This document shows, piece by piece, positions 1 to 11,939 of a DNA stretch of 64,000 bases. The DNA lies in NCBI RefSeq assembly GCF_000497125.1, contig NC_090596.1:1426001-1490000 (forward strand). The letters run 5' to 3'. The position numbers were made by a program, and so were the translations under genes. Below the pieces are notes generated by a model. The model was given only the letters and a program-made list of their open reading frames with translations, made no database searches and had not been told where the DNA came from. The number at the start of each line of letters is the position of its first letter. Position 1 is the stretch's first letter. This DNA is from Spironucleus salmonicida (Eukaryota).

Positions 1-437
1 TATGCTTAATACTGTATTTGGTTTATTTTCTAATTTTTCTACAAGATATTTTAAGTCCGAAAGTCAAATAATTTACGTTGGTAGAAAAATTAAAGATTAA
101 TAACTGTAATTGACAGAAAAATAATGTTATGCTTACTTATTCACTATAAGTTTCGTTTTCAGCATCTGATAATTTAAACATATGTATTCACTATTAATAA
201 CTCTCATACTATTTAATATATCTTTCCTTATCTATTAAAGTATGTAACTTTATATATTATATAATACTAAAATACGAAGTCACCGCTCTAATGGATCTGT
301 CGCTTTCCTAATCATGGAGGTCAAAAAGAAATGAATAAAACGTTACTTAATCAAATGACTAGTTATTAAAAGCATTAAATTAAGCAAATTTAGAAATTCA
401 GAGTCTTATATAGCAAATAGATGCATTAGAACATAAA

Positions 438-2573
438 ATGGCTCAACCTGTCGGCATTAGGGCTGAAGAAGCAGAAAGAAAACTATTTTTAGCTCAGAAA
501 CGTAGTAAAAGATAAGAAGGAGATATTATAGCGCTAACTTAATCTCACGATCGCTTGCGTTCTGAATTTCTTAAATTATTAGAACTAAAAAACCAGCTGT
601 AAAAATAGCTGGCAGATGGTCAGATAGATGTTATTTCAGTATAAAAGAAAACAGAATATCTAGGTTAAATTGAAAATTAACTAGTTGTTTTAAAATAGGA
701 GAATAACTATTTAGTTGCAGGAAAATATCAGCTAGAAGTGCAAATTCCTCCTTTGAATAAATAAATTTATTAGTTAACTTAAGAGAAAGCATAGCTTACA
801 GAGGAAGTTATTTAGTTAGAGGAAAGAGTCGGGGTTAGATAAGTTGAAATTTTGCAATTAAAAAGCTAGGTTAGTAATTTAACAAGCAAAAACACCATTT
901 TAGAGTAAGAATTGTTAACATCTACTACATAACTAAACAAACTATAAGATAATGAATAAAAAATTTACTTCTAGTTGAATTAATAAAATGAGCATATAGA
1001 GTAATCTGAAGCTAAATTAGTTTAGCAAAGCGAAGAAATACTTCGCTTAAGAGGATTACTAACCGAAAAAGAAAGTTTATACAATATGAAAGAAAAATAA
1101 ATAGGAATGGTTAGAGATCATGTGAAAGAGTTAAAAGGAGAAGTTTAAAAATACAAAGAAGAAATCAAAAATGTTAAAAGTAATAATTTAGAATTATAAG
1201 GTGTATTATAGACTTAATAGGTTACTAACAAAAATCACTTAGAGACTTTATAGATGAGTAAAATGATGTTAACGGAATATAGTGTTGGAATATAGTATTT
1301 AGAAAGTGATTTAGGAAAGTAAAAATAATATATCAAAAGTTTAGAACTCGAGATTAATAAAACTTCAAGTGCCCCTATCACTGCTGTTAATGATACAAAT
1401 ATAGTAGAGTAATAAACTATTCCACTGTAAAATTCTCAAAATGAAAACCTATCTGTTTTATAGTTAAGTATAGATTAAGATATTGGTAATGAATTGGAAA
1501 TAGTATCTTTGTCAGCACCTGAAATGATAATGTAACTAGCTATAAATGATGAGTTAGATATATAACCCAAGATGGAGGTGGAACCAGTAGCTGAACCCCA
1601 GATGGAGGTGGAACCAGTAGCTGAACCCCAGATGGAGGTGGAACCCGTGGTTGAACCCCAGATGGAGGTGGAACCAGTAGCTGAACCCCAGATGGAGGTG
1701 GAACCAGTAGCTGAACCCCAGATGGAGGTGGAACCCGTGGTTGAACCCCAGATGGAGGTGGAACCCGTGGTTGAACCCCAGATGGAGGTGGAACCCGTGG
1801 TTGAACCCCAGATGGAGGTGGAACCAGTAGCTGAACCCCAGATGGAGGTGGAACCAGTAGCTGAACCCCAGATGGAGGTGGAACCAGTAGCTGAACCCCA
1901 GATGGAGGTGGAACCCGTGGTTGAACCCCAGATGGAGGTGGAACCAGTAGCTGAACCCCAGATAGAGGTGGAACCAGTAGCTGAACCACAGATGGAGGTG
2001 GAACCCGTGGTTGAACCCCAGATGGAGGTGGAACCAGTAGCTGAACCCCAGATGGAGGTGGAACCAGTAGCTGAACCCCAGATGGAGGTGGAACCAGTAG
2101 CTGAACCCCAGATGGAGGTGGAACCCGTGGTTGAACCCCAGATGGAGGTGGAACCAGTAGCTGAACCCCAGATGGAGGTGGAACCAGTAGCTGAACCCCA
2201 GATGGAGGTGGAACCCGTGGTTGAACCCCAGATGGAGGTGGAACCCGTAGCTGAACCCCAGATGGAGGTGGAACCAGTAGCTGAACCCCAGATAGAGGTG
2301 GAACCAGTAGCTGAACCACAGATGGAGGTGGAACCCGTGGTTGAACCCCAGATAGAGGTGGAATTTTCAATTGAACCGCATATCAGTCTTATTCCATTAA
2401 TTATCAGCACTGACGACTAGCCGATACCGGATGCTGAATTTCTACAACGCAGCTCACCTCAGTCGATTCCTTCAATTCTAAATGATTTTTCAAACGTGTC
2501 TGATAGAAAGTCTACAATCTCATAAATACCGCTTTCGTCCAATAACTCGATCGTCTAGGATGATTTTAAGTGA
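438..2573 (+). CDS. Coiled-coil protein with acidic 10-aa tandem repeat
   Basis: ATG 438 is in frame with the 1572-2420 repeat ORF when TAA/TAG=Gln. Ends AAG TGA at 2571-2573. N-terminal half is Q/E/K/L-rich and heptad-like. Confidence 0.8.
1572..2351 (+). repeat. Coding 30-nt tandem repeat, 26 units, (M/I)EVEPV(A/V)EPQ
   Basis: Unit ATGGAGGTGGAACC(AGTAGC/CGTGGT)TGAACCCCAG is repeated head-to-tail and directly visible. Confidence 0.97.
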
Positions 2574-2592
2574 ACTATTGATATTTCCACTG

Positions 2593-3045
2593 TCACTCAT
2601 CAGCCGGTAAATCTGGGAAGTTCAAAAATTCAGGATCCTTCCCAGTTGCAGCCTTGAGCTTTGCCTAAACAAAATTACGAGATTTACCATTTTTGATGTC
2701 AGTAAAATATGAGGCATATACAGGGTCTTCTGAACGGGGCCCCGTAAAATTAGAACTTACTGTTTACTGCGTCATAACCTAAACTGCAAATTTTGGAACT
2801 GGTGATTTAACCTAGGAAAATTGAGCAGGCTACTCTTGCTCTACTATATTTTTAGGTAGAAAATCGTAAACAGGGTATTCAAATTGATATCCAAATATTA
2901 AATATGGCCAAAAAACATTTTCGTTTTTAAGTAGTAAGTTTACAAAATGTTGTTAATCTTTAGGATTTATCAATTATATTAGGGAATCTGGTTTAACTAC
3001 TTTAAGTTAAGAGATACTTTCTTGGATTTCCTCAATGGTAATCAT
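2593..3045 (-). CDS. Small protein with WASH complex subunit 3 (CCDC53)-like C-terminal motif
   Basis: MITIEEIQESISQLK...EDPVYASYFTDIKNGKSRNFVQAKLKAATGKDPEFLNFPDLP fits the DPxYxxY...G...K...GxDPxxLxxPD pattern of CCDC53. Confidence 0.6.
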
Positions 3046-3104
3046 TTTCAATCTACAAACTAATAATTATGATAATCATATATACTATAATTTATTTTAT
3101 AAAA

Positions 3105-3254
3105 ATGATGAATTAGCTCAAACCATAAGAGTGCGTAAAAAGCTTGCAGCAACTCCGCGAGGAAGTTGTTCAGGCAATCAAAGAAGGTGAGGAGAGCTAA
3201 ATTGATAATTTTAGGGCGAAATTTCATGAAATTACTGGGAAAATCCCAAAGTGA
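3105..3254 (+). CDS. Hypothetical 49-aa protein
   Basis: MMNQLKPQECVKSLQQLREEVVQAIKEGEESQIDNFRAKFHEITGKIPK. AT-rich upstream region; ends AAG TGA. Confidence 0.5.
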
Positions 3255-3264
3255 TAACTTACCC

Positions 3265-4002
3265 TCATTTCAGTTTCGAGACAATAAACTTACCTCCGAT
3301 AATCCTCTCAATAGCAGCGTAGCCAACCCAAATACCGAACATGCTCGTCATCACGGCATAGCTGGGCAGGCTCATTTTGACACCGTCTGCGTCCTTCGGG
3401 TGAGGCGCTGGCTTCTCAAGACTCAGCACGCAAACAGCATCCTTGCAGTCCCTTCCATCCAGCTCGATTTTGGACTTCACGCGCTTCGCAAGCGCACAGC
3501 AGCGGATTTGGTCGAGCTGCACTACGTTTATTTTGCTCGGGTCGTGCTTCCTGGCGGCGCCCATGCTGGAGACGATGGGCATCTTAGCGTCTAGGCAGGC
3601 CTGGATTATCTCAGTTTTCTGCACGAACAGGTCAATGCAGTCCACAACGATCTGGATCTCATGCTACTTGATGAGCTCAAGGACGCGGGCGCCGTTGACT
3701 TTCTCGTTAACGGCGACGCATTTCGCATCCGGGTTGATCGATTCTACGCGGAGCCTCGCGACCTCTGCCTTTTACTAACCCATTGTTTCCTGCGTAGCTA
3801 GCACCTGGCGGTTCGTGTTCGACGGTTCGAAGCGGTCAAAATCTACCAGAACGAAGAACTGAACTCCCGAGCGGGCGAGTGTTTCCAGCGCCATACCGCC
3901 GACAGCGCCACATCCCAGGAGCAGAAGTTTCGTTGATTACATAAGTTTCAGGGCTTCTGGCGATTTTGCGAGCTCAAAGCGCTGGAATAGCGGGTGGGAC
4001 AT
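3265..4002 (-). CDS. tcdA: ThiF-family tRNA threonylcarbamoyladenosine dehydratase (TcdA/CsdL-like)
   Basis: Motifs LLLGCGAVGG, LARSGV, LVDFDRFEPSNTNRQ, VVDCID, IVSSMGAARKHDPSKI. Confidence 0.85.
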
Positions 4003-4117
4003 TTGGGTAGAGGGGTATTGAACGGGATATCTTAAATTATGAATAATAATGTTAAGCGGATTGAAACATTACGTTTAGTGTATTATATATCTATATATAA
4101 TAATATATAGTGTTCAG

Positions 4118-5281
4118 ATGGTGAGTAAAGCAGTTAATATATCTGTTAGCGTTTTGCTATTGCTTGGCGGTGCACTGTGTTCGGGCTTAAATTTAGGTAT
4201 GTTATCAATTGATCCAATTAAGTTAAAAGACCAGTTAGAAACTGGAAATCAGAGATAAACGCGATAGGCAAAACTGCTTATCCCCTTAGTTAATGACAGG
4301 CATATGATCATTGTAGTTATACTACTTGGAAATGCTCTGTGTATGGAGCTCATGCCTATACTATTAGAAAGAATTATTGGATTTACTGGGACAATTATCA
4401 TATCAACTATTGTTGTTGTTATTTTTTGTGAAATAATACCACAGGGTCTTATGACAAAGTATAAAATGGAATTATGTGGTATTTTTGCTCCTTTTGTATG
4501 GTTTATAATATTTTAAACTTTCATACTTAGCTATCCTCTCGCAAGAATTTTGGATCTAATCCTAGGGAAAGAAGATCATGAAAAATACTCCCGTGAGGAG
4601 TTAGTTCAATTAATAGCTATCCATTCTATGGAAGAATTTCATGAAGGAACACATTAACCATAAATTGCATCCAGAGATGAAGATAAAGATCTTTTTATTT
4701 GCCAAGCAGCTCGCAGTTCAATTAATAGAGTATCATTTATAGAATAATAATTGTAAAAAGAACTTTAGTAGGCTGAATAATAATAAGAGAAATTAACTTA
4801 TGATGAGGTCTCTGTTGTGTGTGGAATATTAAAAATACATGAAAAGGTAGCCAAAGATATATATACACCTTTAGACTAAATGTATATGCTAGATTATAAC
4901 AAAATAATAGAATCTAGTACCTTTTCTGAGATTTACGAAAATGGATATTCTCGAGTTCCTATTTATTTAAGAGATAGAAACAATATAGTTGGAGTTTTAT
5001 TAACTAAATAACTTATTAAGTATTCCCCTTTAGTTTCAATTGACCTTAGAAGTCTAGATATACGATCGTAAGTCCCTTTACTACCTGAATAATTATCATT
5101 AATAGATGTTTTACATGAATTTCAGAAAGGATCTGCTCATATGGGAGCAGTTGTTTCAGACAAAGAATTTAAAGTTATTGGATTTATCACATTAGAATAA
5201 GTATTAGAATAAATTTTATAGGAAGAAATTTTTGATGAATATGATGTATTAAGGGAAACTAGGAAATAAAATTAAAAATGA
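4118..5281 (+). CDS. CNNM/DUF21-CBS domain metal transporter
   Basis: CSGLNLGMLSID, ILLGNALCMELMPI, FCEIIPQ; CBS pair GYSRVPIY, EFQKGSAHMGAVV, GFITLEQVLEQILQEEIFDE. Confidence 0.9.
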
Positions 5282-5282
5282 C

Positions 5283-5480
5283 TCATCTTCTATTACTTGT
5301 TGATTATTTCAAATATTATTTAATTTCAGCTAAAATCTCTGGATTAATCAACACATTCTTCTCGTCAATTATATTAATATTTTAATCATCTCTTCTATCT
5401 TCTAATAGAACAATCTGATACTCTGGAAGTGTCAACAATACCCATTCTGCACCTCCTTATGAAGTCAATTTAATGTTCAT
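5283..5480 (-). CDS. Hypothetical 65-aa protein
   Basis: MNIKLTSQGGAEWVLLTLPEYQIVLLEDRRDD..., open to TGA, convergent with the CNNM gene. Confidence 0.5.
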
Positions 5481-5582
5481 TATTAATATTAATTATATTT
5501 TTATATAATAAGTCCAATACTATAGACACACCTAGTTTTAAAAAGCCTTATCTAAAATTAAATTATAAATATAAATTCTTAC

Positions 5583-5951
5583 TCACTCTCTCCATAAAAA
5601 ATTAAAAAAGTCATCCTTTACGTCTTAACCACCCTATATCATCAACTAAGTAATTGCTCGCATCTTTTGAATTTTGTCTATCTGTTATCGTATTATCGAA
5701 TTTTCCTGCTCTAAATTTGCAATATTTTATCTCACAGGTATCAATTCCAGCTATAATATCTAGCTTTTCGCCTATAATATCTCCGATTCTAATTTTAATT
5801 TTTTAGACTCTTTTTATGTCATTGATACAAGTTCCTAACACTCTTTAAGTGATTATGATTAAATTTCAGAGAATTCTTCATATGCTTTAGGATGATATTT
5901 AAGTACAGATCCTAGTTCCTGAAGAATAGTAATCAATTCATTAAATGACAT
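5583..5951 (-). CDS. Hypothetical coiled-coil protein (122 aa)
   Basis: MSFNELITILQELGSVLK...NIANLEQENSIIRQQIDKIQK...FFNFLWRE; ends GAG TGA. Confidence 0.65.
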
Positions 5952-6037
5952 TTATAATTATATAAATATTATATGATAAAATATTGTATAATAAAAACAG
6001 GCTTAATAAAGTTTATATACCTTAATAATAAAAATCA

Positions 6038-6523
6038 TCATTATTTATGCTTAGCAATATCAATATGGCAATATCCAGATGGATTATTTTTTAAATAGTT
6101 TTAATGATAATCTTCTGCGATAAAGTAATTTTCCAATTTCATGACTTCAACAACAATCTTGGCTTCTGAATAATCTTCTTGGACAGAATTAATTTTTTGC
6201 TCGATTGTTTTAGCGTCATCTTCAGTCACCCAGTAAATACCAGTTCTGTACTAAGTTCCTCTATCATTTCCCTATCTGTTTAAGATTGTAGGATCAATAA
6301 TGGTAAAATATACATCTAAAATTTGTTGTAATGAAACAATAGATGGGTTATAATTGATTTGTATGGCTTCTGATGCCCCAGTAGTACCTTAACAAACCTG
6401 CTTATACTTCGGATTATCAATATTAGAGTTAGCATAGCCTGTACTTGTTGATGTGACGCCTTTCATTTCTCTAAAAACCTCTTGGACCCCCCAAAAGCAT
6501 CCACCTGCAAGATAAATAGTCAT
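6038..6523 (-). CDS. msrA: Peptide methionine sulfoxide reductase A
   Basis: IYLAGGCFWGVQ active site; [40 protein letters not shown]. Confidence 0.95.
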
Positions 6524-6577
6524 TTTGATTTGTTTATTTTTAAACCTTATTTACTATTATAAAAGATATATAAACTT

Positions 6578-7123
6578 TCACTAATCCCAATTTCTTATAT
6601 TGTGTTGATTTCGATACTATTCGCTCATATCTCTGAAAATTTTATCAGCCGACACAATTACCTATTCTTTTCTGCTAATTTAGTTTCTACAAGGACTTTG
6701 CTTAATTTAAAAAGGTTTAAAGCCTGTATATGACTAAATATACTAGTTTTTGAATTGATTGTTGTTATCTTTATTATAAGGAGGGCGTAACTTTTAAGCA
6801 ATCTCTACCTATTACTCCTACTTACTTTCATAGTTTGCATAATTAAGATTACTAAAAGATGATTATTGCTTTAACGAATTAGCTGAGAAACCACGATATT
6901 TACCTCTTAATAAAGGTGATTAAGTTAATTTTTATGCATTTTTCTATCGTTGCTCCTTTTATTTCATAATGGATTATCGCTAATGCCGCTCTAAGTAATC
7001 TGTATGCAAGAAATCTAGCATTTAATTAAGTTATTCTTATTATATACTAAATTAATCAGATTTCTATGTTCGAACTTGCTATTCACGCCCAACTATATGA
7101 GTGATAGAATGCATGCGATTCAT
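6578..7123 (-). CDS. Hypothetical protein (181 aa)
   Basis: Open from ATG 7123 (MNRMHSITHIVGREQQ) to TAG TGA at 6578. Confidence 0.55.
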
Positions 7124-7164
7124 TATTTTTTATGTTGCTTTATATAATATATGCATAATTTAAA

Positions 7165-7374
7165 ATGGGAATATGCTCATGTCAAATTAACAGATAATAA
7201 AAATAACCATAATCTTACAGTAATTCAATATAGGAGACAGAATAATCTAATATATCGTAGAATCACTCAATCCACGAAGATTCATTTAATATTTAATAAC
7301 TTTCTTAAATAAATCTAGATGAACTAATGCTTGATTTCAAGAAAAAAGTATCTATCTAAGATAATCACTTTTGA
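7165..7374 (+). CDS. Small protein with N-terminal MGICSC acylation-like motif
   Basis: MGICSCQINRQQKQPQSYS...; Gly2 plus nearby Cys suggests myristoylation/palmitoylation. Confidence 0.5.
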
Positions 7375-7387
7375 TTCTGATTAAATA

Positions 7388-8149
7388 TCAAATATCATCT
7401 TCTTCAGCTAAAAATGCTACTAAAAAAGCATCATAATTCGAGAACTCTCTAAAATTTATCTCACTTACCTTATCTTTGAGTGGTTAAATAATATTTCCAG
7501 TTAGTACACAATATCCTGGAAATTAGTTTCCTATTAAATCAACAAATTCAGACACTGACTAATCGAGTTCAGACCCAATTTTATCTATTTCTTCTTGAAT
7601 ATCTTTGTCTATGCTAGATATTAAATATTACTATACTTCCTCAAGCTTACGATTTTTAGAAAAGCAAGCTGATGCACAAATATTCATTTAATATTATTTA
7701 AACTAGCTAGATGCGAATAGTTTAGAACTAGTAAGCGTAATAGATTGATTTCTTGACAAGTTTATTGTATTAATAATTCCAAAATTAATTTGCCTATTAC
7801 TCTGTAGTAGACAATTATCAGAATGCAACTCAATAATTTTATTATTTTATACAGGTCTCAAGATAAAACTTGAGGATCCATTCTAACTATTAATAATAAA
7901 AAGTTTTTCATCTATATAGGATTTAGCAAAGTGTCTACTATTGTGTAGCATTATATGCAAATCTTAAGGTATTAGTAGCTAAAAATAAATTTAATCATAT
8001 GATAATTTTATATAATCTAAAGCGTCTCTAAATTCTATATTTTAAACTTCGGAATACATCGAAAGTATATTTCTTATGGATGAATTTTACTGTAATGATC
8101 CCTAAGTTATCTGTGATAAAATAACTTATGGACAGATGATTGTTTACAT
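7388..8149 (-). CDS. Hypothetical protein (253 aa)
   Basis: Continuous frame MQTIICPQVILSQIT...FLVAFLAEEDDI to TGA. Confidence 0.6.
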
Positions 8150-8200
8150 TTGACTTGCCGAATTACGAATTATTAAATATATAGTACATATATATTGAAA

Positions 8201-9874
8201 ATGCCTCCTTGTCTTATTTGCTACGAAAACTGCAAATACATAGCATACACCGACTGCCAGCATTCTTGCTGCGTAAAATGTTACGAAATAGAGAATAATT
8301 TGTCAAAAAAGAATAAGTGTCTCATTTGTTCGTAGGTTAATCCTCAAGTCTGCCTGTGCCCAGCCCCACTACCGGTAGAAGACTTCACCAAGCTGAAACA
8401 CCTTAAAAATATTAAATTTGACTCTACACTTTCCGCCTTTATCCACAGCTCAGTGACTCCTTATCTAGCATCGCTAAGCCTACCAAAATGCCCGAAATGC
8501 GACTTCTAGCCAGCCTCGTAAGCCGAACTTCTAAATCATGTGACATAAACTCATAATCTCAGTTTCTGCAAAATATGCATCAAATTTAGACCTATGTTCC
8601 TAATTGACCAACCGTTGTTTGCGCGTCCCTAATTGGGGAAGCACATAGCCAGCCACCCGAAATGTATTCTATGTGGTGAGACTTTTTATGACAGCGAAGC
8701 ATTAAAATCACACTATCAAACTATCCACTACCGTTGCGACCTCTGCAGAAACTACTAGGTGGACGACTCTTACTGGGCTGGAATGCAGGATCTCGTAGAG
8801 CATATTAGCAGTGCGCACATCAGCTGCCCCTTCAAGTAGTGCTAACTTGAAGGGTTCGGGTTTGTGAGCGAAAAGCAGCAGATTGAGCACATATTAGAGG
8901 TGCACCAGGAGCAAATTGGTGCCAAAATTGACACTTATAAGCAAAAATTAAACAGCCTCAAGAAGCAGAAAAATATCGTAAATTTAGCAGATTTGGATGA
9001 ATTTAAGTAAAATTATTCAATTAATAACCGTAAACTTGATCGTACCCACAAAGTTAAGATCACAGAACAGCCTAGTGTTGTGAACGAACAGTTTGTGATT
9101 CAGTATTTTAACAACGTAAGAAAGGTGAAAAAAGTGCCCAGCAAGCAGCCTTAATACGAAGAATTCGTAGAGTAGAAATCACTCAACCAGCCGCACCAAA
9201 AACCGTTAAAAGCATAGACCCAAAAAGACGATTTACCGTTCTTTGCAGAGTCGAATTTCTTCCAAATCAAGCTCTAGAAGCAGTAAAAGAAGCAGAAATT
9301 GCAACTGATATAACAGAATCTGCAACAGTCTGAAAACATGTTTGATGAGATTCTGCAGTAGAAACCGCCGCGAAATTCCAGTAAGCCGGCAGCAAAACGA
9401 GCAGCACCTGAGAGCGCCAGAAACACACAATTCGACAACGTCGTCACGTGCTGCATCCTATTCGATTCTCGCGGACAGCCTTCCCAAATTGCGCTCTCGC
9501 GACTCGTTTCTGGCTCCGTCTCGGCGACGCTTTTCCTGGTTTTCAACGCAGATGACCCACTGAGTTTCGTGGTCCCGAGCGCTGCCGAATTCGGAAAATT
9601 CGGCTGCCTGCTCCGTAGCTTCTGCTACGCCAGCGCGGTCCAGCTCAGATGCCTGGGCGAGGTGAACGAGCGGATCCAAATGTGCGTTTCTGGTGTTTTC
9701 GGACGTGGCGAAGAAGTGAATTTCTACTGCATCAGCGAAGTAGCGGCATCAAAAGCTGCGATTTAGGACCTTTTTGGGTTCAAGTGTGTGGTGAGCGAGG
9801 AGCAGATAAGCACAATAGCGGGAAACGGCTTGTCTGCGCTAGAAATAGTCATCTAGAGTAATTCCAAAAAATGA
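8201..9874 (+). CDS. ZNF598/Hel2-like RING + C2H2 zinc-finger protein, paralog 1
   Basis: N-terminal RING CLIC...CQHSCCVKC...CLIC. Then CPKC..LLNHVTQTH, FCKIC, HPKCILCGETFYDSEALKSHYQTIHYRCDLC and HISSAHISCP, matching the ZNF598 finger array. Confidence 0.8.
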
Positions 9875-9914
9875 TTTTATTGGTTTCAATATATAATATA
9901 TCGTTAATCCAAAT

Positions 9915-10700
9915 ATGGCTGAGTCGATTACCGACTACGAACTCCTACTTTTGACCTATACCCAGAATGCAGCCCCTGTGAAACCTTCTAAAGACGATGA
10001 AAATTCGTCGTACAGCAGATTTGCAAAGCTAGCTAACTCGGTTTCTCATGGCGACACACCCATATCGTTCGTGCAGCCATCTGTTGAGACAGTAAAATAA
10101 CTGAAACAGACATCATACAATATTAACGATTTATCCATGTTTCTTGAGGATCGTGAAGCATACGTGACCGAGGGTAACCGGTTAAAACAGAAAATTCTTC
10201 TAAATGATGACAGAACTGCACTACGGCAGCGTAAAATACTGTAAAACTTTATCACAGAGCAGTCGGTATTATCTGCAAATCAACGTTCGAAACTAGTGCT
10301 TCAGCGTGAAAAAGAGGCGCTTCAGAGCGCTAAAAATACTTTTTTATTCTACGAAGAGCAGTTTATTTCTATGACAAGATGGTCAGCATTCTAATAATTG
10401 AGATTTTTAGGAGAAGACTAGCGTAAGCAAGAAGGTAAGGTCTTAGCTAAACGATAAGCACTGTTGCAGAAAAGTATTAACCTGCAGCTTAGCTTTATCG
10501 AACAATATGAAACCGACAGCCTAAAATTTTTGAGTGGCCTGCAAAAGTTTAGGTAAGAGTAAGCCAAAGTAAATAGTGGTTGCGATGATATTATTGCATC
10601 AGAAGCATTTATAGCTTAGGTTGATGGAGAGCGGGACCTACAGCATATTTTCAATGTGAAGATACAAAGTGTAGAAGGTATTTTTGACGATTTTGAGTGA
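9915..10700 (+). CDS. Hypothetical helical/coiled-coil protein (261 aa)
   Basis: Extends ORF 9915-10100 through TAA/TAG to GAG TGA. Confidence 0.7.
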
Positions 10701-10799
10701 GTGTAGGTATAAAGTTCTTAATATAAAAATATTTTGATTTATTAATTTCTAGAACTATATAAATATGCCATATCTGATTTATTTAAATCATTATATTGC

Positions 10800-11700
10800 T
10801 CATTTGTCTTCTAATATTTCGCAGCTTTCAACGTCTTTCTATTAGAATTATACATTCGTATCAACTTCTCTAGTATAACACTCAATTTATACTATGTCCA
10901 GGAACTGCGCGTGCGCCTCGGCCCGGGTGGCGACGCTGCGGCCGCGGAGCCGCGCTGCCTGGAGGGCGAAGTAGTCCTCGCGGAAGGCGCAGTACTCCGC
11001 CACGTTGTCGTTGCCGGGTGCCTCCACCTCCATGCGGATGATGTCCAGCTCAGCGCCCTGCAGCGCCAGCCCGGGCAGCAGCACCTGCGCGTTGGTGGTG
11101 TAGAGCCTCACGCTCCCCGGGCGGTAGAAGGCGTCCAGCTGCGCCTGGGTGAGTGCCGCCTCGGTCGTCTCCGCGACGGCGCGCACCACCGGCACGAGCT
11201 GGCAGGGCTGCAGCTCGAAGGAGAGCAGGCGCACCTGGTCGGTTGCGAACGCCTGTGCGAGCTGCACCTGGTACGGCGGGAGGGTGGCGAGCCGCTGGCC
11301 CAGCAGGAACTTGGAGATGTACTGGTACAGGGACAGCTCCGGAAGCACCACCACATCCCGGAAGCCCAGACCGTCCAGGTATGGGTAGTCCGCGGGCCTG
11401 ACCAGGATGGTCTCGGCGACGGGGCAGGTGAGCCTCAGCTAAACGCAGCGGAGGAACACACTCTGCAAGAGCACTTAATTATAGTCACCTAATATTTAAG
11501 TTTATTCTTGATATAGGTTAATTATACCCGTATTGAGCAAACTAAATATAAAATCTTTAATCGGTTTAGAAGTAATTACCAATCTCATCCTTTATTAATG
11601 AAGAATCTAAGAGATTGATGTTCTTCATTGGAAACCTACATAAAGATAGGGATCTCTATAATAGACCTGATAAATAATAGTTAGTTCAATAAAGTTTTAT
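10800..11700 (-). pseudogene. Copy 1 of GC-core Arp-like family, disrupted 5' end
   Basis: 5' part DEIGNYFQTDQRF is homologous to copy 3 AEVGNYFVEEKGF but frameshifted relative to the core near 11545. Upstream TGA and no intact ATG. Has its own C-terminus (...FLDIVQIECYTREVD...EDK*). 5' boundary approximate. Confidence 0.7.
10894..11459 (-). repeat. GC-rich core repeat, copy 1 (566 bp)
   Basis: Near-identical to the GC-rich blocks at ~18.0-18.6 kb (inverted) and ~30.1-30.66 kb (direct). Confidence 0.95.
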
Positions 11701-11939
11701 ATAATTATTATTTTTCTTCTGACTACAATATATCAAAAATTGTTATAACGTTATAAATATAAAGCATAGATAAAGATTTATAAAAAGATATCATTAAATT
11801 TCTCTAAAATAAAATTTAGTAACCATTAACATGTATTATTAATGATAAATTTTGAAATACTCACGCTAGGACTTTCATTAAAAATAATATTATCTTTTAT
11901 TTCTTAATACCATAGATATTTAAAAAAAATATTTTTGTT

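Noticed and set aside
1475-2410. Minus-strand ORFs (GSTSIW and VPPPSG repeats) and a CRISPR-like look of the array
   Set aside because: These are shadow frames of the 30-nt coding repeat. There are no unique spacers, and the plus frame joins a long gene with ATG and TGA.
2574-3104. Plus-strand continuation of the repeat gene through three TGAs
   Set aside because: The region is explained by the minus-strand CCDC53-like gene.
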